In this document: piece by piece, positions 24,350 through 34,532 of the stretch
Layout: every line of letters starts with the position of its first letter
How positions within the stretch are numbered: the stretch's first letter is position 1
DNA from: an uncultured Pseudomonadota bacterium
GTDB lineage: Bacteria; Pseudomonadota; Gammaproteobacteria; Methylococcales; Methylomonadaceae
DNA length: 56,967 nt
NCBI GenBank assembly: GCA_963741375.1
Contig: CAVUMJ010000399.1
Location: forward strand, 1 to 56,967
Direction of reading: 5' to 3'
Translations under genes and position numbers: made by a program
Notes under the pieces: generated by a model
What the model saw: only the letters and a program-made list of their open reading frames with translations
The model's database searches: none
Told to the model about the DNA's origin: nothing

Positions 24350-24756
24350 AAAATAACGCGACGCAGTTATATCAAATCGAGCTACAGCAGACATAGTAAA
24401 AAGTCCTGGAAATAATTCCTTAGGGGAGTGGGCGATATCGGTGGGTGTTTCAAAAACCGGAAAACGATTCAACAGTATTGGAATTATAAGGAATAAACGA
24501 AAGTGTACCGAGGCTCCCTACGCCCGTCCCGCTGCTGACCACTCTCCCTCTACGATGGAAAGTGGTCAGCGGTGCGGCGGGCTACGGTCGAGCTGGGGGT
24601 AGGAGGTAGGAGGAAGGAAGAAAGAGAAGAGGGAGAGATAGAAATTTTAAAGAGAAGATTGAAGAGAGAGTTGGGAATTGGAGAAGAGAGGGGCAGGGAG
24701 TAATCGAGATTTGGTGGTTATTTTGCGAATAAATGGCATGAGCGTCGCGTTATTTT
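24350..24756. promoter_or_regulatory. Divergent intergenic region bracketed by 15-bp perfect inverted repeats, with an internal hairpin and purine tract (candidate oriT/origin or IS91 terIS)
   Basis: aaaataacgcgacgc (24350-24364) / gcgtcgcgttatttt (24742-24756); hairpin gctgaccact...agtggtcagc at 24534-24570. All are present in both arms. Confidence 0.5.
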
Positions 24757-24882
24757 GGGCGGTCTAGGGCTTAGGGTGGAGTTGGTAATTTTTTTCGTTC
24801 TTGGGGCCGTTTTTCGGTCCGGTGGGTAGCTGGGGGTTGAGCTCAAGGTTTCGGTCTGGCTACTTTGCAAGCGGACTGGGGT

Positions 24883-25800
24883 GTGGATCCGTTGGGCTTC
24901 AGGTCCCTAATGCTCCTCATAGAGCCAGAGCGCACGGTTTTGTACCGGGCTGTTCAGCAGAATTTTGAAACCTTCCGGGCTTCTTCCCAAAAGGAACTCG
25001 ACGGGAATCTGCCAGCCCATGTTCTTTCGGGAGGTGGAGGCCTACCTTCGGTGTGGCATCCTGGCCAACGGTTTTACTCGGCTACGGTGCGAAGGCGTGC
25101 AAGCTGGAGCGGCTGAGTTGCCCTTTAGTTGTAAAAAACGCGTGATTCTGTCCCCTTCCTGTGGTTGGCATAAAAGCGTATATGAACGAGGCGGCCGCCC
25201 ACTTGGTGGACTCCGTGTTCTTAACCCGAAGTGCCCCATCCGGCAGTGGGTGATTTCCTTTCCGTTCTCAGTTCGCTACGCCCTGGCTTACAAGCCACAG
25301 CTTGTGACCGGGGTGCTTTCCATCTTCATTCGTATCGTTTCGAAACTGGATCGTTAAGCGCGCAAGACAGAACAGCGTAATTGGGAAAGCAGGAGCTCGT
25401 CACGTTCGTTCAGCGCTTTGGCGGTGCGATCAAATAAACCTCAAAATGTGCTAATTTTCATAGTCTGTTTTTTGGACGGAGTGTATTTCGAAGACCGGGG
25501 AAAGTTGGAAGTTCTCCCGCGTTCCCGATCCCACTGACGATGACATCGCAATCCTTGGTAGAAAAAAGCGGACCGAGAACCGGGTGATTCGCTACCTAAC
25601 AAAGAAGGGGTTCGTGATCTCTGATTTTTCCGAAGACCCCTACGCATTCGAACAACCCGTCATGGCAGGTCTTGCGGGCGCCTGGATCGAAAGCCAGATC
25701 GCAGTTGGAGAAAGGGCCGGGCAACGAGTCCGCCGGATTGGGAGCGAAGGTATTGGTGACGTCTACCGCATCGGGAACAGGTGCGCCGTCTGCGATGGGT
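24883..25800 (+). mobile_element. IS91-family (Y2 rolling-circle) transposase, zinc-binding N-terminus, 3' truncated
   Basis: EPERTVLYRAVQQNFETF, REVEAYLRCGILANGFTRLRC, FSCKKR...PSC, PIRQWVISFPF, QRFGG and CFLDGVY motifs. It breaks off at RCAVCDGF, just before the usual SLHA motif. Confidence 0.8.
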
Positions 25801-27320
25801 TTATATAAGTTGCATTATCTGCAGCACGATTAATGATAATCAAAGGAATATCTTTGGGGATTTCATTGGTTTATTTTTTATCGACGAGTTAAATCCAAAG
25901 CAATCGTGATCTTTGGGGGCTGTGTCAGATTTACGGTGTATTCCGAAAATGGTGGGGCAGCAAAGATAAGCCCATTCAAGCAAGCCATCATTTTTGTCAG
26001 GTAAGGCCGCAGTGATTGCTGTGGCCAAGGCGCTGGCATGGCTATCGCCTACCAAAACAGCTTTAATGCGATTGCCTCCAAAAACACAAGATGGCGATTC
26101 GGTACCGGATAAGAGCAGGCATTCGGCATCTCGCGGGTTTTGGGGGGAAGCGGCATTGGCGGCCAATTCGACTGAGTATTCTCAGAAAAGCGCTGTGGCC
26201 ACCCCTGTTTTTTCCAAGTAAGCGTGCTAAAAGCGATCAATATCGAACAGGTCAGACAAATACTTGCAAATGCAGTTTGCTGTTGAATTTGACCGAGACG
26301 TATTCTGGCCGGTTGTTCAACCCATTTATAGGACGTCCAGGCAAGCATAGTGGTGATGGCGATTCCAATCGGAATAGTTAGGATATCTCGAGGCAACTCA
26401 AAATAGGCTGAAATCACCACAATAAACCAATGCCATAGGTAAAGAGAATATGAGCAATCTCCTAACCACTGAGCAATAGGGTTATTGGTGAGGTCGAATG
26501 AGGCCGGGCCGCAATTAAAATTATTGCGGCTCCTGAAACTGGAAGAAGCGCTCCGCCAGCCAGGCCAGCTTGATCGCTCGTCAAACAATAAAATTGAGGA
26601 GATAATCAGGCAAAATCCGCATATTTCCAGAGATCGTGAGGTTGTTCCCTTGATTTGTTTGTGTTTAGTAAACAAATAGCTTAGTCCTCCCGATAGTAAT
26701 TCCCACGCTCTTGTTGGCAGCAAATAAAATGCTGGAGTGGGGTTTTTTATTGAAAACCATAAACTTAGCAAAAACGAAATAGCCCATCCTATCAGGATAA
26801 TCAATATCAAGGCCTTGAGCTTAGCTTGTATTTTCCAGGTAAGCATAAGAATAACTGGATATAACATATAAAATTGCCACTCCACAGATAATGACCAAGT
26901 GTGTAGTAACCATTTTTCATGTGCCGTAGCATCAAAATATCCAGACTGATTCCAGAATAGTATGTTTGAAACAAATGTCAGGGCGTAAGTGGCTTCTTGG
27001 CCAAGCTCAAGATAATCCGGGCTTGCCAGCGCAAACCAGCCAACGATGAGCATCGCAAGGCAGAAAACAAACAGAGCAGGGATAATTCTTTTGGCGCGGG
27101 CTAGATAAAATTGCTGCAAGGAAAATTTACCTAGAGTGAGCCCTTCTATGATGATACCGGTAATCAGGAAACCTGAAATGACGAAAAAAATATCAACGCC
27201 TAGAAAACCACCCTGAAAGCTGGGGACGCCAAAGTGATAGAGAATAACAGATACTATGGCCCAGGCTCGAAGACCATTGACATCAAATCTGAAGTCTGTG
27301 GTGCTATTAGCGGTTAACAT
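25801..27320 (-). CDS. OafA-like O-acyltransferase (acyltransferase_3 + SGNH domain), 3' truncated at the junction, with minor frameshift errors
   Basis: FRFDVNGLRAWA, RAKRIIPAL, LHTWSLSVEWQFY, WLGDCSYSLYLWHW and GDSHA motifs. Confidence 0.9.
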
Positions 27321-27726
27321 GATATTGATCTATTCTGGGTTAGGACGATCTATCATAAAATCCAGTTTGATTAATTAAAAAAAGACTCGATAAGACGCCG
27401 ACGAAAAGAACACGTCAACTGTGGAAAACTTGTATCGACTTAAGAATTGTCAGCACTGGTTCCATGCATTTTTGTGTCGAGTAGCACAATCATATTAACG
27501 AATAAAGTCTGGTTAAGTCAAATGTTTACGATATAGATGGTAAAGCATCACAGACTAATTTTGATGGCGGATTTGCTCATCGAAATGCAATTTTGTAATC
27601 AATAAGCTGCAGGATTATGAGAAACTATGCTTAGGGCATGGTGGGATAGGGCTATAAAAATTATTCCTGTAAAATTCCGGCCAGCTTTCAAGGCGCATAA
27701 GCTCCAAATAGATTAGGTAAGTCATA

Positions 27727-28707
27727 ATGAAACTAAATATTTTGAAATGTCATGGCTCCGGCAATGATTTTATTTTGATTGATGAGGTAGCGGAGGGTAA
27801 TGAAATCATACCGGAACATTCCAGAGCCGATTTGTCCAGGCTTTTATGTAATAGACAAACAGGTATCGGCGCCGATGGTATTTTGTTTTACATGCCTAGT
27901 GATATTGCTGATTGTCAAATGAGGATGTTTAATCCGGATGGCAGTGAAGCGGAGATGTGTGGCAATGGATTGCGCTGTATAGGCCGTTATGGTGCGGAAA
28001 AACTCATGAAAAATTCAGTCACTGTAGAAACCATGAAGTCAAATTTAATTGTTAGCTCCGGGAAACCAATATTCGAAGGTATTCAAACATTTGAGGCGGA
28101 AATCGGCCCAATTTCCTTGACAGCTAGTTCTCTGCCGATGCTGGCGGAATCAGAAACTTTTTGCAATCAATCTATCCCGGAGCTATCGGATCAATTAACT
28201 TTTACAGCATTAACCATCCCAAATCCGCATATCGTTACCGTTGTGAACCAGATAAAAACGGATCTTGTCAACCAATGCGGCAGGATAGCTAATAATTGCT
28301 CAAGATTTCCTAATGGGGTCAATGTCAGTTTTGTACAGTCTCTTGGTATTAACAAGATATTTGTTATGACGTATGAGCGAGGAGTCGGTATTACTTATTC
28401 CTGTGGAACCGCCATGTCTGCATCAAGTTATGTGTCTGTCATGAATCACATAACTAACCCCCAAGAACCTATATATATTTTTAATAAGGGTGGTATGGTG
28501 TGCTGTGATGTGCCGGCTTTAACCCAAAAAAACCATCATGTAGTTTTAAAAGGTAATGCAACATTTGTTTTTGAGACGGCAATTGAAGTGGATGAAGGTT
28601 TTAAAACGATTGAAAAACAATATGATGTGAAAACAAATCATGATGAGATTAATGCTTATGCAAACCTGCAAAATTATGCGCAGTCAGTGATAGGCGGCAT
28701 AGTCTGA
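27727..28707 (+). CDS. dapF: Diaminopimelate epimerase
   Basis: HGSGNDF, GADG, EAEMCGNGLRC, NPH, ERGVGITYSCGTA motifs. Confidence 0.95.
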   Translation: MKLNILKCHGSGNDFILIDEVAEGNEIIPEHSRADLSRLLCNRQTGIGADGILFYMPSDIADCQMRMFNPDGSEAEMCGNGLRCIGRYGAEKLMKNSVTVETMKSNLIVSSGKPIFEGIQTFEAEIGPISLTASSLPMLAESETFCNQSIPELSDQLTFTALTIPNPHIVTVVNQIKTDLVNQCGRIANNCSRFPNGVNVSFVQSLGINKIFVMTYERGVGITYSCGTAMSASSYVSVMNHITNPQEPIYIFNKGGMVCCDVPALTQKNHHVVLKGNATFVFETAIEVDEGFKTIEKQYDVKTNHDEINAYANLQNYAQSVIGGIV

Positions 28708-28779
28708 ATTTTTTGCCGGTAGACAAGGAACAATTGAATTTGTGCGGGTTTCGCAGTCAACACTGTTTTGGAGTTTTTT

Positions 28780-28844
28780 TTATCTCCCATCTAACTGATT
28801 GCAGCAAATTTTCAATCTACTGCAATCAGTTAGATGGGAGATAA
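28780..28844. terminator. 25-bp perfect inverted repeat between convergent dapF and hflC
   Basis: ttatctcccatctaactgattgcag / ctgcaatcagttagatgggagataa with a 15-nt loop. Confidence 0.65.
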
Positions 28845-28881
28845 CAGTGCTCAACAAGTTGTGTTTTTATCACAAAACTTA

Positions 28882-29841
28882 TCAACGGTTTTTTGGCTCG
28901 TCCTTTTTCAGCATACTATATAGTTCACTATTCGTGGTTAGGACGATGTTGGTTTCGGAATTAATGACTTTCCGGTAGGTGTCCATTTTTTTTAAGAATT
29001 TGTAGAATTCCGGCGCATCAGGTTTTTGGGTGTAGGCCTTGGCATAAATCTCGGTTGCCTTGGCATCAGCTTCCCCGTGAATTTGCTGAACTTGCATATA
29101 AGCCGTGGAAAGAATCTGGTTAATGTCTCTCTCTTTGTTGCCGTTGATTCTGGCTGCTTCGCCTTCGCCTTCAGAACGGAAGCGCTGGGCAATTTGCAAG
29201 CGTTCACTAATCATCCGTTGATAAATACGGTCCAAAACCTGTTGATTATAGTTAATGCGTTTGAAGCGAATGTCCAGTAATTCTATGCCAAACGCAGCCA
29301 ATTTCGGCGCGGCAGCATCGAAGACGTCTTTTTCTATGCCAACTCTGCCGACATTGATAGGTAATAGTTGACCAATTCTACCCTCCGTACCTAAGGTTTC
29401 GTCTTGCAACGCTGTTCGGTCTTTGTTTGTGCGAACTACTTCTATCAATTCATGTCTGGCTATAGCTGTACGGGTTTCACTTCCTAAAATATCTTCAAGA
29501 CGTGATTGGGCGCTACGCTCATCTTTTAAGCGCAGGAAATAATGCATGGCGTCAGTAATCCGCCAACGTGCAAACGTGTCTACCTGCACATAGGTTCTAT
29601 CTTTGGTAGACATTTCGACCAAAGGTCCGTCCCAGGCCAAATAGCGTTTATCGAAACTGTTAACCTGCTGAATAAACGGCAATTTAAAATGTAATCCCGG
29701 GGTAGTTACCGGGTCCCCAACCGGGCTGCCAAATTGGGTAATAATTACCTGTTCAGTTTGATTAACCGTATAGGTGCACAAAAATGTCAAGGTAATCAAA
29801 CCTGCCGAAATAATTAAAAAATTTATTTTGGATAAATTCAT
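28882..29841 (-). CDS. hflC: FtsH protease modulator HflC
   Basis: N-terminal TM, PGLHFKLPFIQ, RMISERLQIAQRFRSEGEGEA motifs. Confidence 0.93.
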   Translation of the reverse strand: MNLSKINFLIISAGLITLTFLCTYTVNQTEQVIITQFGSPVGDPVTTPGLHFKLPFIQQVNSFDKRYLAWDGPLVEMSTKDRTYVQVDTFARWRITDAMHYFLRLKDERSAQSRLEDILGSETRTAIARHELIEVVRTNKDRTALQDETLGTEGRIGQLLPINVGRVGIEKDVFDAAAPKLAAFGIELLDIRFKRINYNQQVLDRIYQRMISERLQIAQRFRSEGEGEAARINGNKERDINQILSTAYMQVQQIHGEADAKATEIYAKAYTQKPDAPEFYKFLKKMDTYRKVINSETNIVLTTNSELYSMLKKDEPKNR

Positions 29842-30815
29842 TTTGATACTCCCGCGGAATTCGAAGGGAAAGGCAGCATGGGTAAGATTTGTTGCACAGA
29901 TTCGTCGACGATAATCTGCTGTTTGGCTTGCGGTAAAACTTCACCTAACGTCTCAAGGTAGATACGAGTGCGAGTCACATCAGGCGCTTTTAGAAACTGT
30001 TCTAAAACTTGGTTAAACGCAGTTACGTCACCTTCGGCTTCGTTAATTCGTTTGAAACGGTAACCTTCAGCAGCACGAATTTTTTGATCCGCCTCTCCAC
30101 GAGCTTTTGGCACAGCCTTGTTGTATTCGCCATTGGCTATATTGATGGCGTTCTCTTTATCTTGCTGGGCTCGATTAACTTCATGAAAAGAAGGTTGCAC
30201 CAGTTCAGGAGGATTAACATTTTTTAACTGCACCTGATTGATTGTGACTCCCAATTGATATCGATTAGCCAGTTCACTGATGCGTTTAAGTACTGTTTCC
30301 TCAATTTCCTGACGACCTATGGTAATAATTTCATCTACAGTTCTATCGCCAACTACTTCCCGCATCGCGGCTTCAGATAAATCCCTTAGTGTGGGAACAG
30401 GGTCACGTACGTCAAAAAGATATTTTTCAGGATCGGTTATCCGATATTGTACTATCCATTCCACTAGGGCTGAATTCAGGTCTCCGGTGACCATGGATTT
30501 TTCTAAAGCTGGCTCGTCGCTAGATTGATCCGGGTTGGTTGCTCCGGGAGTGGCAAAGCCAAATTCCAGTTTTTGCTGACGTAATGTCGGTACTTGAATG
30601 ACGTTGTCTATACCGTAAGGTAACTTAATGTGTAAACCGGAAGGCACTTTGTCAATATATTTGCCAAAACGAAGCACTATGCCTTCTGAGTCGGCAGGGA
30701 TGGTATAAAATGTCATGGTTGCTGTGACGATCAGCAAAATCCCCAGTAAAATTATCGTAGGTGAGATTGTGAGTGAATCTGGAAAACGCCTCAAAATAGA
30801 GTTGGAATCATTCAT
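29838..30815 (-). CDS. hflK: FtsH protease modulator HflK
   Basis: GIVLRFGK, MVTGDLN, NPPELVQPSF, APDVTRTRIYLET motifs; ATGA-coupled to hflC. Confidence 0.93.
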   Translation of the reverse strand: MNDSNSILRRFPDSLTISPTIILLGILLIVTATMTFYTIPADSEGIVLRFGKYIDKVPSGLHIKLPYGIDNVIQVPTLRQQKLEFGFATPGATNPDQSSDEPALEKSMVTGDLNSALVEWIVQYRITDPEKYLFDVRDPVPTLRDLSEAAMREVVGDRTVDEIITIGRQEIEETVLKRISELANRYQLGVTINQVQLKNVNPPELVQPSFHEVNRAQQDKENAINIANGEYNKAVPKARGEADQKIRAAEGYRFKRINEAEGDVTAFNQVLEQFLKAPDVTRTRIYLETLGEVLPQAKQQIIVDESVQQILPMLPFPSNSAGVSK

Positions 30816-31214
30816 ATGGGCTCCTATGGAAAACTATTGGGGGTTGAAATCTAATTACACTGCGGGAACTTTAAGTTCTTAACATGTGAGTTCTTTTGGC
30901 AGAAAAATCTCAGGAAGCTCTTGATGGCGAATTTTTAGATGACTAATCAAAACATCAATTTTTGCACGTTATCAAAACCTTACTTTGCCATTATAGCTTA
31001 ATCCATAACCGGACATGTTAAGTTAACACTACAAAGATAGTTGTTATAAAGCCGTTCATTAAGCCCGCTATCCACAGCAAAAGTTACACTTTATAAACCG
31101 GATGATAAAGACGGTTATCGCGTTTGAGCAAATTTGAGGAATCTAAACGGTCATGGAAAAGTTGGCCAAAAAGCGATCTGCACTCTCCAGGCTGGATAAC
31201 TCGATCAGCAGCAA

Positions 31215-32084
31215 TCAGCTATTTGTCTGTAAACGTTGTAATTCCTGAGCAACATTTGGGGGAACCAAATCGTTTTCCAGTAAGCCTATATAACCGTCAA
31301 TTGCTGCAACTACTATATGACGGTTAAAAACGTGAACGATGAGCCCTGGCTGAACTGTGTGTTGTTCTGTCCAGCCTATGGCCCGTTTGACAATAAACCA
31401 GTTATTATTCAAAAACGCGACGCTTTCGGTACTTCCAAAGGCTCGGATATGCCGCATTATTTTTTCAATGGGCTGGTTAAAATCTATTACTCTTTCTTTA
31501 ATAGTGGTTTTTGGCCAGTAACTACCTGCCTGCTGCGGCGTGGCTTGATTCCAGAGTTCCGGTAAATTATGAGCTAGCCGGTTTGCCAGACGTTTTGCCG
31601 ACATCTGTATTTTCAGATCAAGACTTTCATGGCATTCATCGTTTTGAAGAGGGAACCGATCTGTGGCCAAAATGTCGCCTTGATCAATGTCATTCGTTAC
31701 TTTATGACAAGTTACTCCCCAAAAAGGCCAATTTTCTGCGATGGCGCGTGATACCGGATAAGGGCCGCGGCCTTCAGGAAGAGGGGATGAGTGGAAGTTG
31801 ACCGCGTATTTCAAATACTTTTGCCATTCAAGTATTTTCCAGTCATAGCTGGCGACAATCAATGCTTCGCAACCCATATCATTTAATTCAGCCAGATCGC
31901 GTTCCGTCATTCGCGATAATTGGATTGCAGCGTCTTGTTTTTGGGCAAAACCGATTACCGCCTGTTGATTGGACAAAGGGTGAACCAGCGGTACTGTAAA
32001 TAGTTTCAACGGTTTCCAACCAGCTAAAACAAAGGTTTCGAATACCCCTAAAAAGCGGTCAGTTGCTGTTATTGCAAATTTCAT
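31215..32084 (-). CDS. Formyltransferase (Fmt-like paralog)
   Basis: VNFHSSPLPEGRGPYP and GVTCHKV..IDQGDIL motifs. Confidence 0.85.
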   Translation of the reverse strand: MKFAITATDRFLGVFETFVLAGWKPLKLFTVPLVHPLSNQQAVIGFAQKQDAAIQLSRMTERDLAELNDMGCEALIVASYDWKILEWQKYLKYAVNFHSSPLPEGRGPYPVSRAIAENWPFWGVTCHKVTNDIDQGDILATDRFPLQNDECHESLDLKIQMSAKRLANRLAHNLPELWNQATPQQAGSYWPKTTIKERVIDFNQPIEKIMRHIRAFGSTESVAFLNNNWFIVKRAIGWTEQHTVQPGLIVHVFNRHIVVAAIDGYIGLLENDLVPPNVAQELQRLQTNS

Positions 32085-32112
32085 GAATTGTTTGAAGGCA
32101 GGAAATTAGAGG

Positions 32113-32154
32113 CCTCACAAATATCTTAGCTCGTTAGCAATAATGTTTGTGAGG
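32113..32154. terminator. Stem-loop downstream of the MCP gene
   Basis: cctcacaaa...tttgtgagg. Confidence 0.4.
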
Positions 32155-32182
32155 TAAGTTTTCATTCAAAATCTTCCTTAAA

Positions 32183-33931
32183 TCAAACTTTGAACATGCC
32201 TATGGTGGAGCGCAATTGGTTTGCCAAATCCAGAAGTTCTCGACAGGCTTCAGCTGTATTTTTGGAAGCTGCAGAAGTTTCTTCGGTAACAAGACTGATA
32301 TTGCTGATGTTACGGTTAATCTCTTCGGCAACCGCAGTTTGTTGTTCGGCAGCACTGGCAATCTGATTATTCATATCATTGATAGTGTCAATTCTTTCAC
32401 TGATGGCTGTGATTGAACCGCCTGCTGATGCAGCCTGTTCAACACTGGATGCAGCGCGTTTTCGACCATTTTCCATAACAGTTACAGCTTGTTTTGCCCG
32501 ACCTTGCAATCTTTCAATGGTTTGCTGAATTTCTAATGTGGAATTTTGAGTGCGGCTGGCAAGTGTTCTGACTTCATCAGCAACAACAGCGAATCCCCGT
32601 CCCTGTTCTCCCGCCCTTGCCGCTTCAATTGCAGCATTTAAGGCTAATAAATTAGTTTGTTCGGCAATGCCTTGTATCACGCCTAATACTTCGCCAATGC
32701 TATTGCTGTCGTTTTCAAGTTCATGAATAACATTAGCGGCGTTTTCAACTTCGTTTGCCAGGCTGTTAATGCCATTTACCGCATCTTTGACTATATTTTT
32801 TCCCGTTGCAGCTTCCTGATCTGCAGTCTCAGCCGCCTCAGAAGCCTTAACCGCGTTACGCGCTACTTCCTGTACAGTTGAGGTCATTTGTTTCATGGCG
32901 TTTGCGACCAGCGTGGTTTCATTCAATTGTCTTTCTACGCCTCTTTGCGTGGATTGAGTGATATTGGCTAATTTATGCGAAGCATTGGCCAGCTTTTCAC
33001 TGGTTGAATTAATTTCTTCAACAGTTTTGCCAATTTTTTTCACGAAGTTGTTAAAACTGGAGGCAACCCAGGCAAATTCCGATTTACCGGAAACGGTTAA
33101 TCTGGCCCGTAAATCGCCAGTGCCGCTGCCTATGGATTGCAAATTTAGCGCTAAGTCCGTTAACGGCGAAATGATAATTTTGCTCATTACAAAATAACCG
33201 GTAAAACCTATGATTATCAAGGTGCCTAACAGAAAAAGGATGGCGTAGACTATGGTTTCTTCTAGCTGCTCAAATGCAGAGCTAAAAGGGGTAATAATTT
33301 CGAAAGCCCCGTGCAAATCGCCGCTATGCAGATTTTCCATCGGGTATCCCAGTAAATCCTGGCCTTTGTCGTTACCCCATAAACTTGCGGATGTACTAGG
33401 ATCGCCATGACATAGTTCGCACTGTTTAACTAGTTTAACCGGTCTAAAATAACGAATTTCTTCATTTTTATCGTCTACAATGCTGTATTCAGTTAAATTC
33501 GGATCGTTTTTAAATTTGGTTAGTACCTGGCTTTCGGTTTCATCCGGAGTGTTTCTGGCCTGATTTCGTGGATTAAAAGCAGGGGCCTTAAAGCGGAAAC
33601 CGCCTTCTTTTGCTTTAGATTCTATGACTTCCCAAGCATTTGCTGTCGGCACCGTGGCTAGAATCAATTCTTTAATGTTACTTTTGTTTTCAGTGATCTG
33701 CTTGAGAAATTCCGGGGTATAAAGACCGTTTTCCCATTTGGCGACAATATGATCACGAACGGATTCCGAAACCATCAATAATTGGCGCGATGAATCAATT
33801 TTGCGATCAATTAATTTTTGTTTTTCAGTGTAAGAAAATGCAAGCAATAAGGCTATACCCAAGATTGTGAGAACAGTCATTGTAATCGCAACCACTTTAA
33901 CGCCCACTGAATGCCAATTCATTATTAACAT
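32183..33931 (-). CDS. Methyl-accepting chemotaxis protein with periplasmic c-type heme (DUF3365/Tll0287-like) sensor
   Basis: Two TMs around NPRN..N.PD..E, RYFRPV...CELCHG; HAMP; [34 protein letters not shown]. Confidence 0.93.
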   Translation of the reverse strand: MLIMNWHSVGVKVVAITMTVLTILGIALLLAFSYTEKQKLIDRKIDSSRQLLMVSESVRDHIVAKWENGLYTPEFLKQITENKSNIKELILATVPTANAWEVIESKAKEGGFRFKAPAFNPRNQARNTPDETESQVLTKFKNDPNLTEYSIVDDKNEEIRYFRPVKLVKQCELCHGDPSTSASLWGNDKGQDLLGYPMENLHSGDLHGAFEIITPFSSAFEQLEETIVYAILFLLGTLIIIGFTGYFVMSKIIISPLTDLALNLQSIGSGTGDLRARLTVSGKSEFAWVASSFNNFVKKIGKTVEEINSTSEKLANASHKLANITQSTQRGVERQLNETTLVANAMKQMTSTVQEVARNAVKASEAAETADQEAATGKNIVKDAVNGINSLANEVENAANVIHELENDSNSIGEVLGVIQGIAEQTNLLALNAAIEAARAGEQGRGFAVVADEVRTLASRTQNSTLEIQQTIERLQGRAKQAVTVMENGRKRAASSVEQAASAGGSITAISERIDTINDMNNQIASAAEQQTAVAEEINRNISNISLVTEETSAASKNTAEACRELLDLANQLRSTIGMFKV

Positions 33932-34049
33932 AGAACTCTCCTGAAATCGTTATAATTATTATAGTCTATGGTCATGATAGTGCTAAAGACAGCCAGCTAA
34001 GTATAGCTTACAATGCGTAAACGATTTTCAAAGTATCACTTTATCAATA

Positions 34050-34532
34050 ATGCGTAAGATCAAAATTTTATTTGTATGCATGGGCAATATTTGTCGTTCC
34101 CCAACTGCAGAGGGTGTTTTTAACTCGCTGATAACCAAAAAGAATCTGGATCAGAGTTTTTATATAGATTCAGCGGGCACCCACGCATATCATCTTGGTG
34201 ACGCTCCTGATTTAAGGGCGCAAAAAGCTGCGCGTGAGAGAGGCGTGGAATTAAAACATTTAAGAGCCAGACGTATCGCTGATCAAGATTTTATAGAGTT
34301 TGATCATATATTGGTGATGGATAATGAAAATTTCCAAATGGTTGAGCAGTCTTGTCCAAATGAATTTAAACATAAATTAGGCTACTTTTTGGATTACGCG
34401 CCCCAATTTAACACTCGTGAAGTACCGGACCCTTATTATGGTGGAGCGTATGGTTTTGACCGGGTTCTGGATATGGTGGAGGCGGCGTCGGAAGGTTTGT
34501 TATCGTTTTTGCAGCACTCTGGAGAATTGTAA
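34050..34532 (+). CDS. Low-molecular-weight protein-tyrosine phosphatase
   Basis: VCMGNICRSP and VPDPYYGG motifs. Confidence 0.95.
   Translation: MRKIKILFVCMGNICRSPTAEGVFNSLITKKNLDQSFYIDSAGTHAYHLGDAPDLRAQKAARERGVELKHLRARRIADQDFIEFDHILVMDNENFQMVEQSCPNEFKHKLGYFLDYAPQFNTREVPDPYYGGAYGFDRVLDMVEAASEGLLSFLQHSGEL

Larger units (their letters stand above)
1..31244. repeat. Giant inverted duplication (fold-back palindrome), arms about 15.6 kb, apex 15622/15623
   Basis: Bases 1-28 (gaattacaacgtttacagacaaatagct) are the reverse complement of the sequence ending at 31244. The apex reads gtcggt...cgagt-tt-actcg...accgac. Every gene in 15623-31244 has a mirrored, more or less degraded copy in 1-15622. Confidence 0.97.

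Noticed and set aside
15698-25800. Programmed frameshifting or mass pseudogenisation of the plasmid genes
   Set aside because: The frameshifts fall at different positions in the two arms and often in homopolymers, as expected for read errors.
3934-27320. Composite transposon or genomic island bounded by inverted IS91/IS21 copies and duplicated oafA
   Set aside because: The symmetry extends through housekeeping genes and to a spacerless apex, so a single fold-back explains all the duplicates.
24883-27320. ISCR-style rolling-circle capture of host genes
   Set aside because: The junction lies inside the transposase, with no oriIS end, so it is not a transposition product.
27321-27726. Lysine riboswitch or other leader RNA upstream of dapF
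   Set aside because: I could not find the conserved aptamer elements, only a weak hairpin. An Rfam scan would settle it.
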